A stretch of DNA of 64,000 bases, taken from positions 3,224,001 through 3,288,000 of the forward strand of contig OZ193909.1 in NCBI GenBank assembly GCA_964276515.1, in the 5' to 3' direction. The notes under the pieces were generated by a model. It saw only the letters and a program-made list of their open reading frames with translations, did not search any database and was not told the DNA's origin. The DNA is from Gordius albopunctatus. Taxonomy: Eukaryota. How positions within the stretch are numbered: the stretch's first letter is position 1; each line of letters opens with the position of its first letter. Position numbers and translations under genes: made by a program. This document shows positions 40,201 to 53,200 of the stretch, one piece after another.

Positions 40201-40867
40201 AATAACAAGATTTTTAAAAGTGTTACCATATAATCCCTTTCACAATATAATTTGTTATCAAGGGCATAAAAGGGAGATCCACATAAAGCTTTTCCTAGTT
40301 CAATGTAAATAATATTGTTTGATTTTAATTACCACAAACACAACAATTAAAACAATTGATATGGTACAAATTTCCTAAGGCTGAACAACCAGAATCTTCA
40401 CCTATAATTTCTTGGTGACATTTATAACAAAAACCTTTAAAATAATTTGATAATTAATATTTTATTTTACCAATATAATCTGGGTTTTCAGAAGTTGTGT
40501 TAAGATTATTTACAAGTAAATCTGTCAATTTATCCACCTCATCTATGGAACTTTCGTTTTTCGTATTGTTATAGTTCTTTGTAATCCTTCCACTTGGATA
40601 ATTTACAAACCTTTTAGTCATATTAGCATTAATTTTCTGATACATTCCATCCGAATTAATAGATGAGTTTTGTGAGTGTAATGTGTTGGCTGCATATGGT
40701 GATATATAAGAATTTTGAAATTTCTTGTATATCCTATCGTTATCCAAATGCCCATTATATACAAAAGATATTGGTGGAGGAGGTGGAAAAAATGTATCTC
40801 CTGTATTATTTTGATTGAACACGTTATTTATTAAGGGGGGTGGAGGAGGTGGAGGTAAATCATCCAT
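34224..40867 (-). CDS. LPP: Zyxin/LPP/TRIP6-family three-LIM-domain focal-adhesion protein, 7 exons, 342 aa
   Basis: Exons 40867-40471, 40434-40333, 40294-40227, 39405-39358, 38911-38781, 38145-38025 and 34385-34224. It has LPPPP/FPPPP EVH1-ligand motifs, EVDKLTDLL before LIM1, three LIM domains ([40 protein letters not shown]...[14 protein letters not shown]) and an LPP-like C-terminus ...LTDM. Confidence 0.92.
34935..37610 (-). mobile_element. Degenerate near-full-length RTE LINE inside the last LPP intron
   Basis: APE ([26 protein letters not shown]), RT ([25 protein letters not shown]) and the RTE C-terminus [11 protein letters not shown]...[12 protein letters not shown]. Confidence 0.88.
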
Positions 40868-43774
40868 TTTTTTTAAATTTTGTTAGTTAAGAAAAACACA
40901 TGTTTTAAAGGTGTGTATTGTGGTATTGAGTCACAACGAAAGAAGCCAAAACAAAATTTTTTCTCAAACTTACGATTCGTTTTCCTGGCTTTTTCGATCA
41001 ATCAACCATTTCAAAATTGTTGCTGAAGCGCGCACGATAGGAATTTTAAATTTCCAAATCTGTTGCATTAATATAATATTATTTAGGAATAAAAGACCAA
41101 TTGGTTTATGGAGGTATTTACCATGGCAAAATTAAAGAAAGGAGGGAAGTTATTGTTTCGATCTCGTCTCGGTCTCGGAAGCAAAATTTCGTCTCGTCTC
41201 GGGTGCCAATACGAGAATCTCAGTCTTGTCTCGGTGTAGAAATATCATAGCCATTTAACAAACTTAATAACTTAACAATCAAATATTCCTTTGTGTAATT
41301 TTTTTTCAAAATTCACTTGGACTTCTGCCTTTTTAAATTTATAGCATAATTATATACCCAAATCATAGATCTTCTGACTTACCTTCGATTTACATATGAG
41401 CATGCGAAATATATAACCTACAACGGGCTTCTTTATATCAATCAACCCGCCCATTACAAATATGTATACTTATGGGGCCTTTTAGGCTTAATTTTTCCAC
41501 CAGTACCAAAAAATGTCCCGCCCCGGGACCGTTAAAATAAAATTGAAATCCCGAGTTCGCCCCGATAATTTTTTGCAAAGCACAGGCCAAGCCTACACCC
41601 TTACCGAAAAATTATGATATATTCTGGGGCTTTTTAAACATTTTGTGTGAATAATATAACAATCATTTATTTATAGATTGAAAATGTTCAATATTAATCA
41701 TGTTAAAAATATCAGTCTCAAACAAGCTTTGTTTCTTCCAACAAGCAACGCGCTGTTTAATTTTCACTAGTAGCACTTGAAGGTGCATAAAATCATTTAT
41801 GATAATTGAAACTTTATGCGAGGTTAATTATATATAATTAAATATACCTATTTTTGTTAATTTTTTACAATCCCCTTCTTAAAAAATAAAATTCTTGGAA
41901 TCCGCTTATTTAAAAATCACAAGTTCTAGGAATAAAACACTAAAAACAGGAATGATTTATTGCCTACTTAAGAACAATGTATCAGTAGTAACACGATGAA
42001 CGCTGGGTGTTAACACAAGCTAAAATTCTCTCGAAAAATCTCATCAATCACGCCTCTACCCAATCCCATTGGAGAGGGAGAGTGTGAAAAAGCCATCAAT
42101 CATCCCTTTACCCAATCAAAAGGGGTGTTTGGAGTTACCACTCTGGCTGCTGACACCCTACACCGGCCTTCTTATAGCTAGCCCCTTCCCGAGCTTATTT
42201 TATTATTGTAACGCTCGTCCAAGCAGGACCCGCAATTTTTTTAAATAAAAAGCCCATCCATGCCAGGCTCTGACGACTAGCTATTGGTATTCGATTCGGA
42301 TTCGAATTTTTTTCAAAAAAAATATTCGAGTCGAGATTCGTCGAATATTGAAATTAAGATTCGAATTCGATTCGAAAAAAATTTAAGGATTCGAAATCGA
42401 TTCGAATATATATTAAGTTTTTTTTAATTATAAATAAACACATTAAAAAGGCTACTGTGATTTTTAATTTGCATTTAAATTTGAAATTTTTATTTAAAAA
42501 TATTTAAAAAATACACTCATTGAAAATAAAAATATTAAAGGCGAACAAAAACCCTGGTGATATGTGTAAAACAATCAAGAAGCGTTTTTATTAGTCAACT
42601 TTGAAGGTAGATTATCTTCCTAACATTTTCTTCTTTAAACGATTGCTTGTGTTTAGTAAATAAATTGGTTCCGGTTGAAAATAATTCTTTCGACGGGGTA
42701 AATGATCCAGGTATAGAGAGAAGATTTTATGAAGTTCTTTGAACGGCTGGGAAAAGACGTAGATGCGATTTCCACCATGTAAAGGCTCAAAATTGGAGGC
42801 CACACCTGGTTTGTGCAAAAATATCTCCAATGGAGACTTCGCCTTGCCGCTCTTAATTGAAGATCCAGTGTTGATACCTCGCTAGGTGATTCAAATCAAA
42901 TCGGGCTAACTTCATATACCAGTTTCCAAGTCATTTTTAATTTCTTTATAGGATATGCAATGTACTGGTGATAAACACTCAAAATTTGAGCCTTAAATCG
43001 GCGTCACTAATACTATCTTCTTATTGAATGCCGAATATCTCCTATTTTCTGTTTGGCTGACAGCATGAACTTCTATGCCTGGTTGATAATATACCGGTAA
43101 TACCAAGTTAATTGTGGGATTTGCCCCCCCCCTCCCCCGATATTAAATTAGTTGCATTGTAAACGGGAAAAAGTATCAATTTAACTTTTTCAATTTGTTC
43201 CCATTCAATGTTGGATAATAATTCTTTTAAGAAGAATTTAAAGGCCAAATCCAATGCCTGCCTTTTAAAATAGCCTTTTCTATTATTATTTATGTGCCGT
43301 TCCACCTGACTCATGTCAAGTTTTGCCTTTACGTAATTAATTGGTGGATCAGAATTCTTTATCTTTACATATAGCCTTTAATTGTGAAATATATATGGGC
43401 TGTCTTGCAATTTTTCTCAAAGTCTATAATTTAATTTAATTGTGATCCACGTTCCCCATATGTAAATTTGAAAAAATTTTAATTAAACTTTCAAATCGTA
43501 GCAGGAAAAATAAATGAAATGCGGTAAGATAAAAACAGCTAAATATTTGAGTGTCATCTATTTAAATTAAGCTTTAAAAAAAATAGATTTTTTCAAGGAT
43601 TCGATTCGGATTTTCGAATCCTAGAAGCGTAAATATTCTATTCGAATTGAATCTCGAATATTTCCCACGGGCGTAATCATGATCATCAAGAAGTAGACTT
43701 AAAAAATCAATTTACTAAACCATGGAATATTAATGTTTAGTTGAATCAATTCTTAATAGAGAATTGAACGGGTA

Positions 43775-44048
43775 ATTGACCGTCCGCTGACAAATGAAAA
43801 AAATGACCATTGGCCAAAATGTAATTCGAAATTTTTTTTTCGTTTTTTTTTTGAATTGGTTACCATTGATATTTAGCCTATGCCCGTCAGTCCAATTGTT
43901 TTGCATTTAATACCACCCTATAGGCATTCTCGCCCCTCCCATCTTTCTCGCCCATAAATTGCATAGCAAATATGCTACGTTTATACGGAGTATAGATGAG
44001 TTTCGTTCCCCCTTCCCTTCCCACGAGGGCCGAAGGCCCGAGTATTTT
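43775..44048 (+). mobile_element. Short Helentron/HINE-like element, relative of 62466-64000
   Basis: Ends in GGGCCGAAGGCCC hairpin + GAGTATTTT and contains one unit of the right-end satellite. Confidence 0.55.
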
Positions 44049-45559
44049 AATTAACATCGAAATCTATAATTTAAGATCATTCATTTAGTTAAAAGTTCCT
44101 TTTGTTTTTTTAAATATGATTGTTTTAATTTGGTCTTAAATTTAAATTTGACTCGTGAAAATTAAAATATATCAACAAATTAATTTTTAAATTGTATTTA
44201 AATAGTGTCAAGTAATAGTTCATTATTAATTTAGACTACTTAAATATATATTCATAAAACAAATTAAATTAAGTTTAAATGATTCATTTGTAAAACAATA
44301 TATATTTCAAATTAAATGTGACCCGATATTATAGATGTTATCATATTTATATATCTATATAATAAATCATTCAAATAAATTTAGCAATCAAAATCTGTGG
44401 TATCAATTAGTTTCATAAATCGCACTTTAATTTGTCGATTAAATTTTAAATATCCTCAGGCATAGCCAGGATTGAAATTAGAGGGGGGAATAATGATTAA
44501 GGGAAGGGCAAAATAACCATTTTTTTATTTTAGCCATAATTTATAAAAATATCTAAGATATATGGGATTCAGAGGGGGGCAGCCGCACGTCCCTGCCACC
44601 CCCTGGCTAGGCCCATGCACACCGCAATTTTTTTTAATCTTGCGTTGGATACCAAAATTTAAAACGCGTTCAAAAGGGATTCGGTTAAAAAGGTTTAAAC
44701 GCTTTCGGGCCGGGTCGAGTTCGGTTCGAAAATTTTAAAAATACTTCCGGTTCGGGTCAGGTTGGAGTTAAAAATTAAAAAAAAATTCGAATCGGGTTCG
44801 GGCTAAAAAAAAGTCACTTTGCAGTTCTCTAATTTTTACTGTAGAATCAGCCCGCTCAATTTTTAAAGAAAAAACATTAAAGAATGTTTGATAAGGAAAC
44901 ATGCGTGAATGAAATGTACAAAAAAAGCTTTGTAAACAGTGGCGGGGCTAGCCCAGAGCAAATATTAATATTATCTTAATTAAGAAACAATATGATGATT
45001 ATAATTATTCTTTTACAAATAAAAATGCTGTATAAGACAATAAAGGATTCAAATTTAATAAAATTGTTGAGTCGACATAATCCCATTCTTTATAATAAGA
45101 CTAAAAATTTTAATTGATTTCAAAATTGATCTATAATATCCTATTACCGATAGAATAATAGCATAATTAAACATAATATTTTCGGAAATTAATCGTAATT
45201 TATATGAGTCCTTAGAAGGTTTAAACCCTTCATTCCCTTTTTTGCGTTAAATCTCTTTTATCAGAAGTAATTAAGCATTATGAGTTAGAAATGCAAGATG
45301 CCGAAATAATAATGGCGAAAAATTATGTAATATATTATAATTCTTTATTTTTTACTTATTACAATTTTACGCTCAACAGTGTTTCGAAATTGTATTATTT
45401 TGATTTAAATAATTTTAACTATCCCTATAACATCGTGTTCATGCGAAAGATCGTTCTCATTGCTAAAACGGGTGAAACTTATCTTCGTTCCACAATTGGA
45501 CAAGATGGGTTATCTTCCTTAGCTTTATTGAGCTTAGAACATGACTTTATAATACCCCA

Positions 45560-46827
45560 ATGATTTTCGAAAAATGGCTTGCACACAATATTTTCCCCTT
45601 TATTTAATATTTCAAAAATCCAGCACTGTTTTCGCTCATAAAGTGCTTTTTTACACTCGGAAATTTTAAACCTCTTCGAACAGAATATCAAATCTATTTT
45701 AGAATCTATTTTAAATATAAAATTCAATATTCATAGCTGGTTACAAGCTTCCCTACCAACCAAATCGGATGGTTTAGAGATTCGCTCACCTGCCTACATA
45801 TCTCTAGTCTCCTTTATTTCATCTTACAAATCGGTACAAGATACCATTTTTAATTTGTATCCGGTTAAAGAAGACCCACTTTTACCCATTGCTTTAGCTA
45901 TTTGGGAAAACAATACCAATCCCGGAACACCTTTGCCACAAACCTCACGACAAAGAGATTAAGATGCCTGACTTGTGTTCGGTTCCGTTGATTATTATCT
46001 AATTTCAACTAGCGAAGCAAGCCAGTGTTCTAGTTTAAGGTCGTTTTTGTTTCATGGCTCAGGTCACGAATGGCTAGAGATCTACCCAAGCTGTCTCACC
46101 GGGATGATGCTGGAGGACTCGGAACTTTCGTACTCCATATCTCTCAGGCTAGGGGTGAAATTTTCGAAGCCATTTATTTGCCGAAATTGCAGCATACTCG
46201 TAGACGAACAAGCCAGGCATCCCTTGCACTGCCTGGCGAACAAATTCAAATATGTTAGACACAATAAGGTCAATGCCTAAATTAAAAGTGCTGTGAAGAG
46301 AGCAAAGATCCCATCCTTCTTGGAGCCATCGGGCCCTCCTTGGACGGACGTATGCGTCCTGATGGATCTTCTTTAGTCCCATGGAGCAATGGCCTTCATC
46401 TTAAATGGGACTTCACGTGTATTGACCTATTTGCCCCCTCTAACTACTACAATGATTCTTTAGCTGTCGCAGAGGGGCAGAAAACAAATAAATACAAAGT
46501 TCTATTATCCTCAAACATTTTCATTCCATTGGTTGCTTCGTGTTCAGGCACCTTTGGCAAACAGGCCTTAGCTTTTTTTAAAGAGGTAGGAAGACGTTCT
46601 CCCCCGTCTAAATATTCGGTATCCTTTTTACAAAGACTTGGTATTCTTATATAGCCAAGTACAATTTTAAATCGTTCGCGGATTCTCGGCCAATTTTGGA
46701 AGATCCCTTTGATGATGCTATATCAGAATAGTTTATCATTTTATTTGACGCATTTTGTCTTTTGTATTTCATTTATTTATATTATATGACTGTCAACGGA
46801 TTTTTAACAAATAAACTTTAAAAAAAT
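45560..46827 (+). mobile_element. 3' part of a CRE/NeSL-like non-LTR retrotransposon with restriction-like endonuclease (degenerate)
   Basis: WLQASLPTKSDGLEIRS, CCHC knuckle CRNC...HPLHC...RHNKV, RPDG..LVPW..G..L.WDFTC, AE..K..KY, followed by AATAAA and an A-tail. Confidence 0.75.
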
Positions 46828-48261
46828 TTTCCCACTTTATTAGTGATACCCCACCATATGTTTGATTGATATCATTGAGTTTTTCTCTATAATTTGGAAA
46901 AAAAATTCAATTTTTTTATCAATGGGGGTGAGGGGGAGGTTCTAACTCGCAACTCTTCCCCCCTTCCTTACGCTACTGAAAAAGTTTATTTGAAGTGAAT
47001 GTTTTTAAATTAAAAAAAATATATATTTGAGTTCAATTAAAAAAGCATAAAAGTAAAAGGAATATAAAGGCTAAAGATTAGTACCAAACAACTTAATTAA
47101 TAGAATCGTCTTATAAATTAGATATATATTATATATTACGATGAAATTTTTACAATACAAAAATAATTTAAATAATTGAATATATATATGCCACCCCCCC
47201 CCCCTGCCTCCGCCCCTAATTATTTTATTGGAATTACGCTTCTGGGTTTCAAATCAAATTTCTTTAGTATTTGATTTGAAATTTTTGTTAGAAAAATATT
47301 AAATTCGAAATTCGTTAAATATCAAAATAGGGATTCGAATTCGATTTGATCGAAAATGGATTTAAAATCGATTCGAGTATTTCTCAAGTTTCTTAAAATA
47401 TTAATATTTATTAATACATTGCAAAAAATTTATTTATAAAAATACAAAGTTGGAATATAAAAATATTAAGAGGGAACAAAAGGATAAAATATAGATACAT
47501 CTAAAACAATTAAAGTTGTTTTTTAACCGGTTTTTGTTTGTTAGATATAGTGATGAGAAAAACCTAGGTTTTGGTAGCCTAACCTAATACCATAGGCTAG
47601 GTTTTTTTAAAAACCTCTAAGCTTTTATTGACGCGCTAAGCTATAAGATAGGCATTAGCACAAAATCAGCCTAAAACCTTAGGTGAATTTTTTATAAAAA
47701 TCCGAGAGCTTAGTCTATAGCGCAAATTAGCCTAAACGCTATTAGTTGGATAATTAGCACTATGCTAAACCTTAGGTGAGCTAGGGTCAATATTCTCATA
47801 TATAGCTAAGGATTTCGAGTAAACTATAGTCCCTAAGATTCTCTCTTTTTTGTAATATTAATGATATTAACAATAACTTAGATATATAATAGCAATTGAA
47901 ATAACAATTAAAAAACTTTCAAGATAATTACACGTAGCATTATTGGATGATTTGTTATGGTCTAAACCATTGACTTTTTTTCTTCAATATCATAATTATT
48001 TAAACCTAATCTAACATAATCTCTAATAGAAAATTTCGCCTAGATGCTAATTAGAGCTTAATTTTTATGCTTGCGGTGCTCGTACAACGAGTTATTATCT
48101 TGTTTAATGATAAATCTATAATTTTATGTATGTAATATGATCACGGCATATAAGGTTAATGCATATCAAAATATATTCTTTACATTTTATACATGGGCGT
48201 AGCAAGGGAGACACGGCACCCCCCCCCCGAAATGAAAAAAAAAATCAATACAAAAACCCTT

Positions 48262-49192
48262 AACACTTCGTAGGTTGGGTCAAAAATGCTAACACGGATG
48301 GTATTTGGGGTCATTATAACCCCAAGCGTTAAATAGCTATAACTTAGTTATTTTGTAATATAAACATGTCAAAATTTTCAAGAATAATATTTCAACTCTT
48401 ATACGTTAATTAATATACTAATTTGGCTATTTGATCAAGTGATTAAAATTTTATATCTATGTTTAGAACAACCCTCAGAATTTTTCCCCTTGTGGATATT
48501 TTGCCTCGTACCCGAAAAAAAAATTATATTTTATGGTTTAATCAATAAAATCTTATAAAAGAAGGTCGAAACTATAAATGTGGAAAATTTGGTAATAAGC
48601 AACCCCAAAAAAATAGAGATGTTCAAACTTAGGCAATTTTTAGCCTTTAATTTTTTATAGCCAAAAAATTTACTATTGGTCTCAACTCATATTATTATAA
48701 ATTTAAATGTTATTTTTATCAAATTTTTTATACAGATTTATAATAAAAGATCAAAATTAAAGATTAGACATAAAAAAATCAAAAAATGTTAGAAAAACTA
48801 CACAAATAAGCACTTTAAATTACCACGAGGAAAAATTAACATGCGAAAATTTGAGTTTAAAATTTTGAATATTTTCAATAAAAAGAAATGTACACAAAAT
48901 GTTTCTTCACAAATGGGTTTACAATAATGGATTTTTATAATATATTACAAAAAAATATGTTGAAAAATCTTTTTTGTTTATATTATGGCAGGTGGGGTCG
49001 TGGAAGACCCGGGGCATCTAAAACACTCTCTATCTTAAAAACCATTCGATAAAAACTAGCCAAATTTTGAAGAGATATTGTAAGGTAAATTTTGTTAAGC
49101 TACTGAAAAAAGGAAATTGTAATATTCACTAATTTTTTTTTATACCATTTTTAAACAGCTTGGGGTCATTATTACCCCACCCGACCTACGAA
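48262..49192. mobile_element. piggyBac-like non-autonomous element nested in a CATGGG MITE (related pieces ~30680-31110, ~62040-62400)
   Basis: Begins after TTAA, with inverted ends TTCGTAGGT.GGG / CCCGACCTACGAA and GGGGTCATT..ACCCC subterminal palindromes. Confidence 0.45.
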
Positions 49193-49298
49193 AAATAAAA
49201 AAAATATGTTTTGCCCACCTCCCTGTTTGTAACTTAAAACATTTTTGTACTTCCCTTAATCCAAAACCTGGCTACGCGCCTATCAGTTTATAAATATA

Positions 49299-50175
49299 TC
49301 TTATATATAAAAATGAAACTATGTATATATGTGTGTATATATGCCGCCATCAATTTTAAAAAAACTACCAGACCGATTTGGCTCAAAATTTCACAGCTTA
49401 TTCCTGACACTCCGGAGCATGTTTTAAGATTTGTTCGATCCAAATCGGTCCAGTAGTTTTTGAGAGAGTTTATTTTATACGTTCTGACGTTTAATAAAAT
49501 GTCAATCAAACGCAACCTCATGACGTACTGCGTATCTAAATGAAACTATGTGTTGTGTGTGCATGCGTGCTAGGTAGTGTAGTGTGATAAATATGTAGGC
49601 AAGTGCTAAGGAAAATGGAAACTTTTTACGATTTGAAACATTAAATCAAAGTCATTTTTTTGCTTATTTTTCACCTCAATTATTATTATTATAGGAAGGT
49701 CGTGTCCCCTCCTGTGTGGCTAAATAAATTAAAAAATATAATTTTGTCATTTTTTGCACGTTAAATAAGGAGAAAAATGAAAATAATTTTAACAAAGTGC
49801 CAATAAATGTTGATATATCTCAGTTCTTCGGACATTATTAAGTTCAGAATTAAAAATTTTATTCAGAAACAAATAATTATAATTATGATATTGTTTAGTA
49901 ATTACAAAAAAAATAAAAAAAAAAATTGCTTGAAGGGCCAGGGGGCCAAAGATTCTTCCCTTGAGGGGGGGGGGCATGGGACAAGGTTTTCTCTCTTGGG
50001 TGGGCCTGGGCCTTGGACCCTCTTTAACTATTTGTCTAAAAATTTTTTGCATAATAAACACTTAACAATTATATTTGATATATTCTTAATCTATTGAAAT
50101 TTATCTATAAGATTATATATATTCTGCTAATACACCAGGGTAAATGGCAAAACAACGTTTGCCGGGTTCATCTAG
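49299..50175 (+). mobile_element. Non-autonomous Helitron
   Basis: 5' TC, 3' hairpin GGCAAAACAACGTTTGCC then CTAG|T. Shares TAAAATGTCAATCAAACGCAACCTCAT with the 10939-12444 Helitron. Confidence 0.78.
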
Positions 50176-50204
50176 TTATAGTATAATGGTCAAGTACGAA
50201 AATA

Positions 50205-53200
50205 ATAATAAATAATGATTCTACTAAAACGCTAGCAAAAACATTCGCAATTTTTTGGAAGTTTATATGTAGTAAACAATTTGGAAATGTATTTTGTGTA
50301 TGCTTATAAAACTTAAAATTATATAAGCATAGAAAATAACTAATTCGAGGAAAGATAAAAACAGCTTAATTATATTGTCTCGTCTTGATAAAATAAAAAT
50401 TTAAGGCATAGAATTTTTGAAATCCTTTTTCAAAGGTTCAAACAGGATTTTAAAATCTCATCAAGTAAACATTCGATTCGAAATTTACACCTAAGGTTTT
50501 CAATTCGGATTTTTTGAATATTTCCAGGAGGTTAGTCTGAAATCTGAATAACGATCTCACGCATCACTTTTATAATCGTTGTTCGTAAATGATCGATTTT
50601 TATGGAACTTTAAAAAAATATTTTGGCCACTGTACTCTTTCTTGACAAAAGAACATCGTTTATTTAAGAATTTGAATGAATGCGGAAGTAGACACTTTTG
50701 AAGATAATTTTTATTATGTAAAGTTTTTTCGAAATGCATTTTTTAATAAAATTGCTTGTAAACTGTTAGGTAATCCTTTTGGGGCAGTTTAATAACTAAA
50801 TTAAATGGGTTAAAATATTATATTTAGTTACATCAAAGACTTTAAGACACTTATAAAAACCTAGAAACATATTATATACACCTAATTATTTTGATTTAAT
50901 TTTTGACAAAATGCGTTGTAAAATTTCCGAATATGATTGTGAAGATTGCTATGGAAAAAAACTTGTTTGAACATTTATTTCCCGTGAAAACACCAGACCG
51001 CCCCAGGAAGTAGATATCAAAGCGATTATTATAATGTTCCTTATTCTATATGATATTAATACTTTTATCATTTATAATATTTGTCTAAAATTTTCTGCTA
51101 GAAGCCATCACGGTGTGATAACTAAATTGCCTGCCAAGGTCAGCCAAAACCCTTTGATTGCCCAATTCACTAATGCTGTCCGAACAGCCGGGTCCAAAAT
51201 GACGATTTTAAATTTCAAGAATTAATTTTTCTATAAGTTTTATAAATAGAAAGGTGACAAAAAATAGTAAACTATATAAAAAATCTCATTATGGTGCCCG
51301 CCCAGGCCTATTTAAAAATTTCAATTTAGAACGGTAGCCTGCCCAACCCCTTAGCCGAGTGGGCCCACGAGCGAGCCCGAATTTTTGGTTGTTTAATTTT
51401 TACTTTTATTACAAATAAAATGGGGGAATTTTTTTTGCAAGATTCCCTCCCCCACCTTTTTTGGTGAAATATATAGTCAATTATTTTCTCAAAGCAATAA
51501 ACCACCTTCCTCATATAACATCTACTACCGCAGTGAGAAATTTTATTTAAATCTAGAGATGTCCAGAAATTCTAAATTCATAGCAATTATTTAATAGCAT
51601 ACATGGGCATTCTCATAGGGTGGCAGGGATGGGCGGCTGCCCCTCTCTAAATCCAAAAAATCAAACATTTTATCAAATTATGTGCATCACTAAATCATTA
51701 TTGTCCCCTGTGATTTTAATCCTGGCTACACCACGAGCATAACTTATGCACAGGTTAATCAATTTTTCTGAAAAGCTAAAATTATTTGATTTTCTACATG
51801 AGTTATTTATTACTAAATTACCTATGAGTGAACTACTCATGTAATAACTAAAAAATTATCACACCTTTTATGAATCTTGTTATAATAACAATTAAAACAG
51901 GGAGTAAAGGCAAATTTATTTTCCCTCATTTTTATAATAAAAGGGACTAAATTAAAATGAAATTGCTATATAAGTATTGCAAGCTTCTTGACAAAATAAA
52001 AATGGCCTAAATATCTACAAATATTAATTCTGCTAAGAATCAATATGAGATATTAATAATTGTGTGCTTTGTATAATGAAGATTTTATAGAAATTTAAGG
52101 AGTGTTAATCCTGGTATGCATGATAGATATGCACTTTTAAACTCAAAATACTTTGGCTTTTATTTATAAAAAAAATTGTACACTTTTTTTTATCAGCTCT
52201 GTACATACCAAGTTAGCCCTGAATTTTAGCTGTCATCTTGGGCATGGTCAGGTAAAAAGATGTTGCTCTCTCACACCTTTTAATCTATTATTAAACACAG
52301 TTATAGAGATAAAATAGGCATGCTTGTGTACAACTATAGCTCTGATAAATCTTTTTAAACAAATCCTAATTGTTGCAATAATAATATACCAGTCTTAGTT
52401 TTATAAATTAAGATACCTAGCTTTTTCATAAATGAATATATATTTATTTATATCTTTTAAAGAACACAAATAGAAGTTAACTTGTTAAATATTGATTAAA
52501 ACACATCAGGAAAATTATATGTACTTATATAAAATGTCCAATTACTTGTTTTAAAATTATACAACCTGATTTACCCAGTAAAAATAATATTTTAGAAATT
52601 ATGCATGAAGTAATATAAAACTACATTGACATAATGAGCACCCACTCTTCATTGGAAAAAGATTAGTGGATAGCTCTAAATAATCAAGTTTTATAAAAAA
52701 AAACTCTAGATGATAAAATATAAATCAAGCTAGAAAAATCGTCGTCAATAGTCAGTATACCTAAGAAAACGTATATAAAAAATACAAATGAGCAATAAAA
52801 CAGTGTAATAATAAATTATACAATATTAAGGTGTATGCAAAAGCCATAATCTAATTAAATTTCACATGTTCCTACATATGAAATATATTAAATTTGGCTT
52901 ATTACGATGAAAATGCTGGGAAGTTGTTTAAGAGAATATGGTGGATAAAACTATAAATGAACACGCAACGTAAAAAAAATGATATGAGAGGGGAGATGAA
53001 AATAATATCCATCCGCACAAACCTCCTTCTGTCGACAAACGCGCACGCGTGCGCTCACTTTATGCAATCATTCAACTGTGGTATTACAATCAAGCTATTC
53101 CTCCTCTGGCCTCAAAACCATTTATTATATTTTAATGACTAAGCTTAAAAGCTTCGTTATTCCGAAAAAGGAGATCACCAATGAAAAGGGTATTATGCCT

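Noticed and set aside
42610..43330. Coding-like degenerate segment within TTCGA-repeat-flanked DNA
   Set aside because: Probably a decayed transposon interior, but no motif I could assign.
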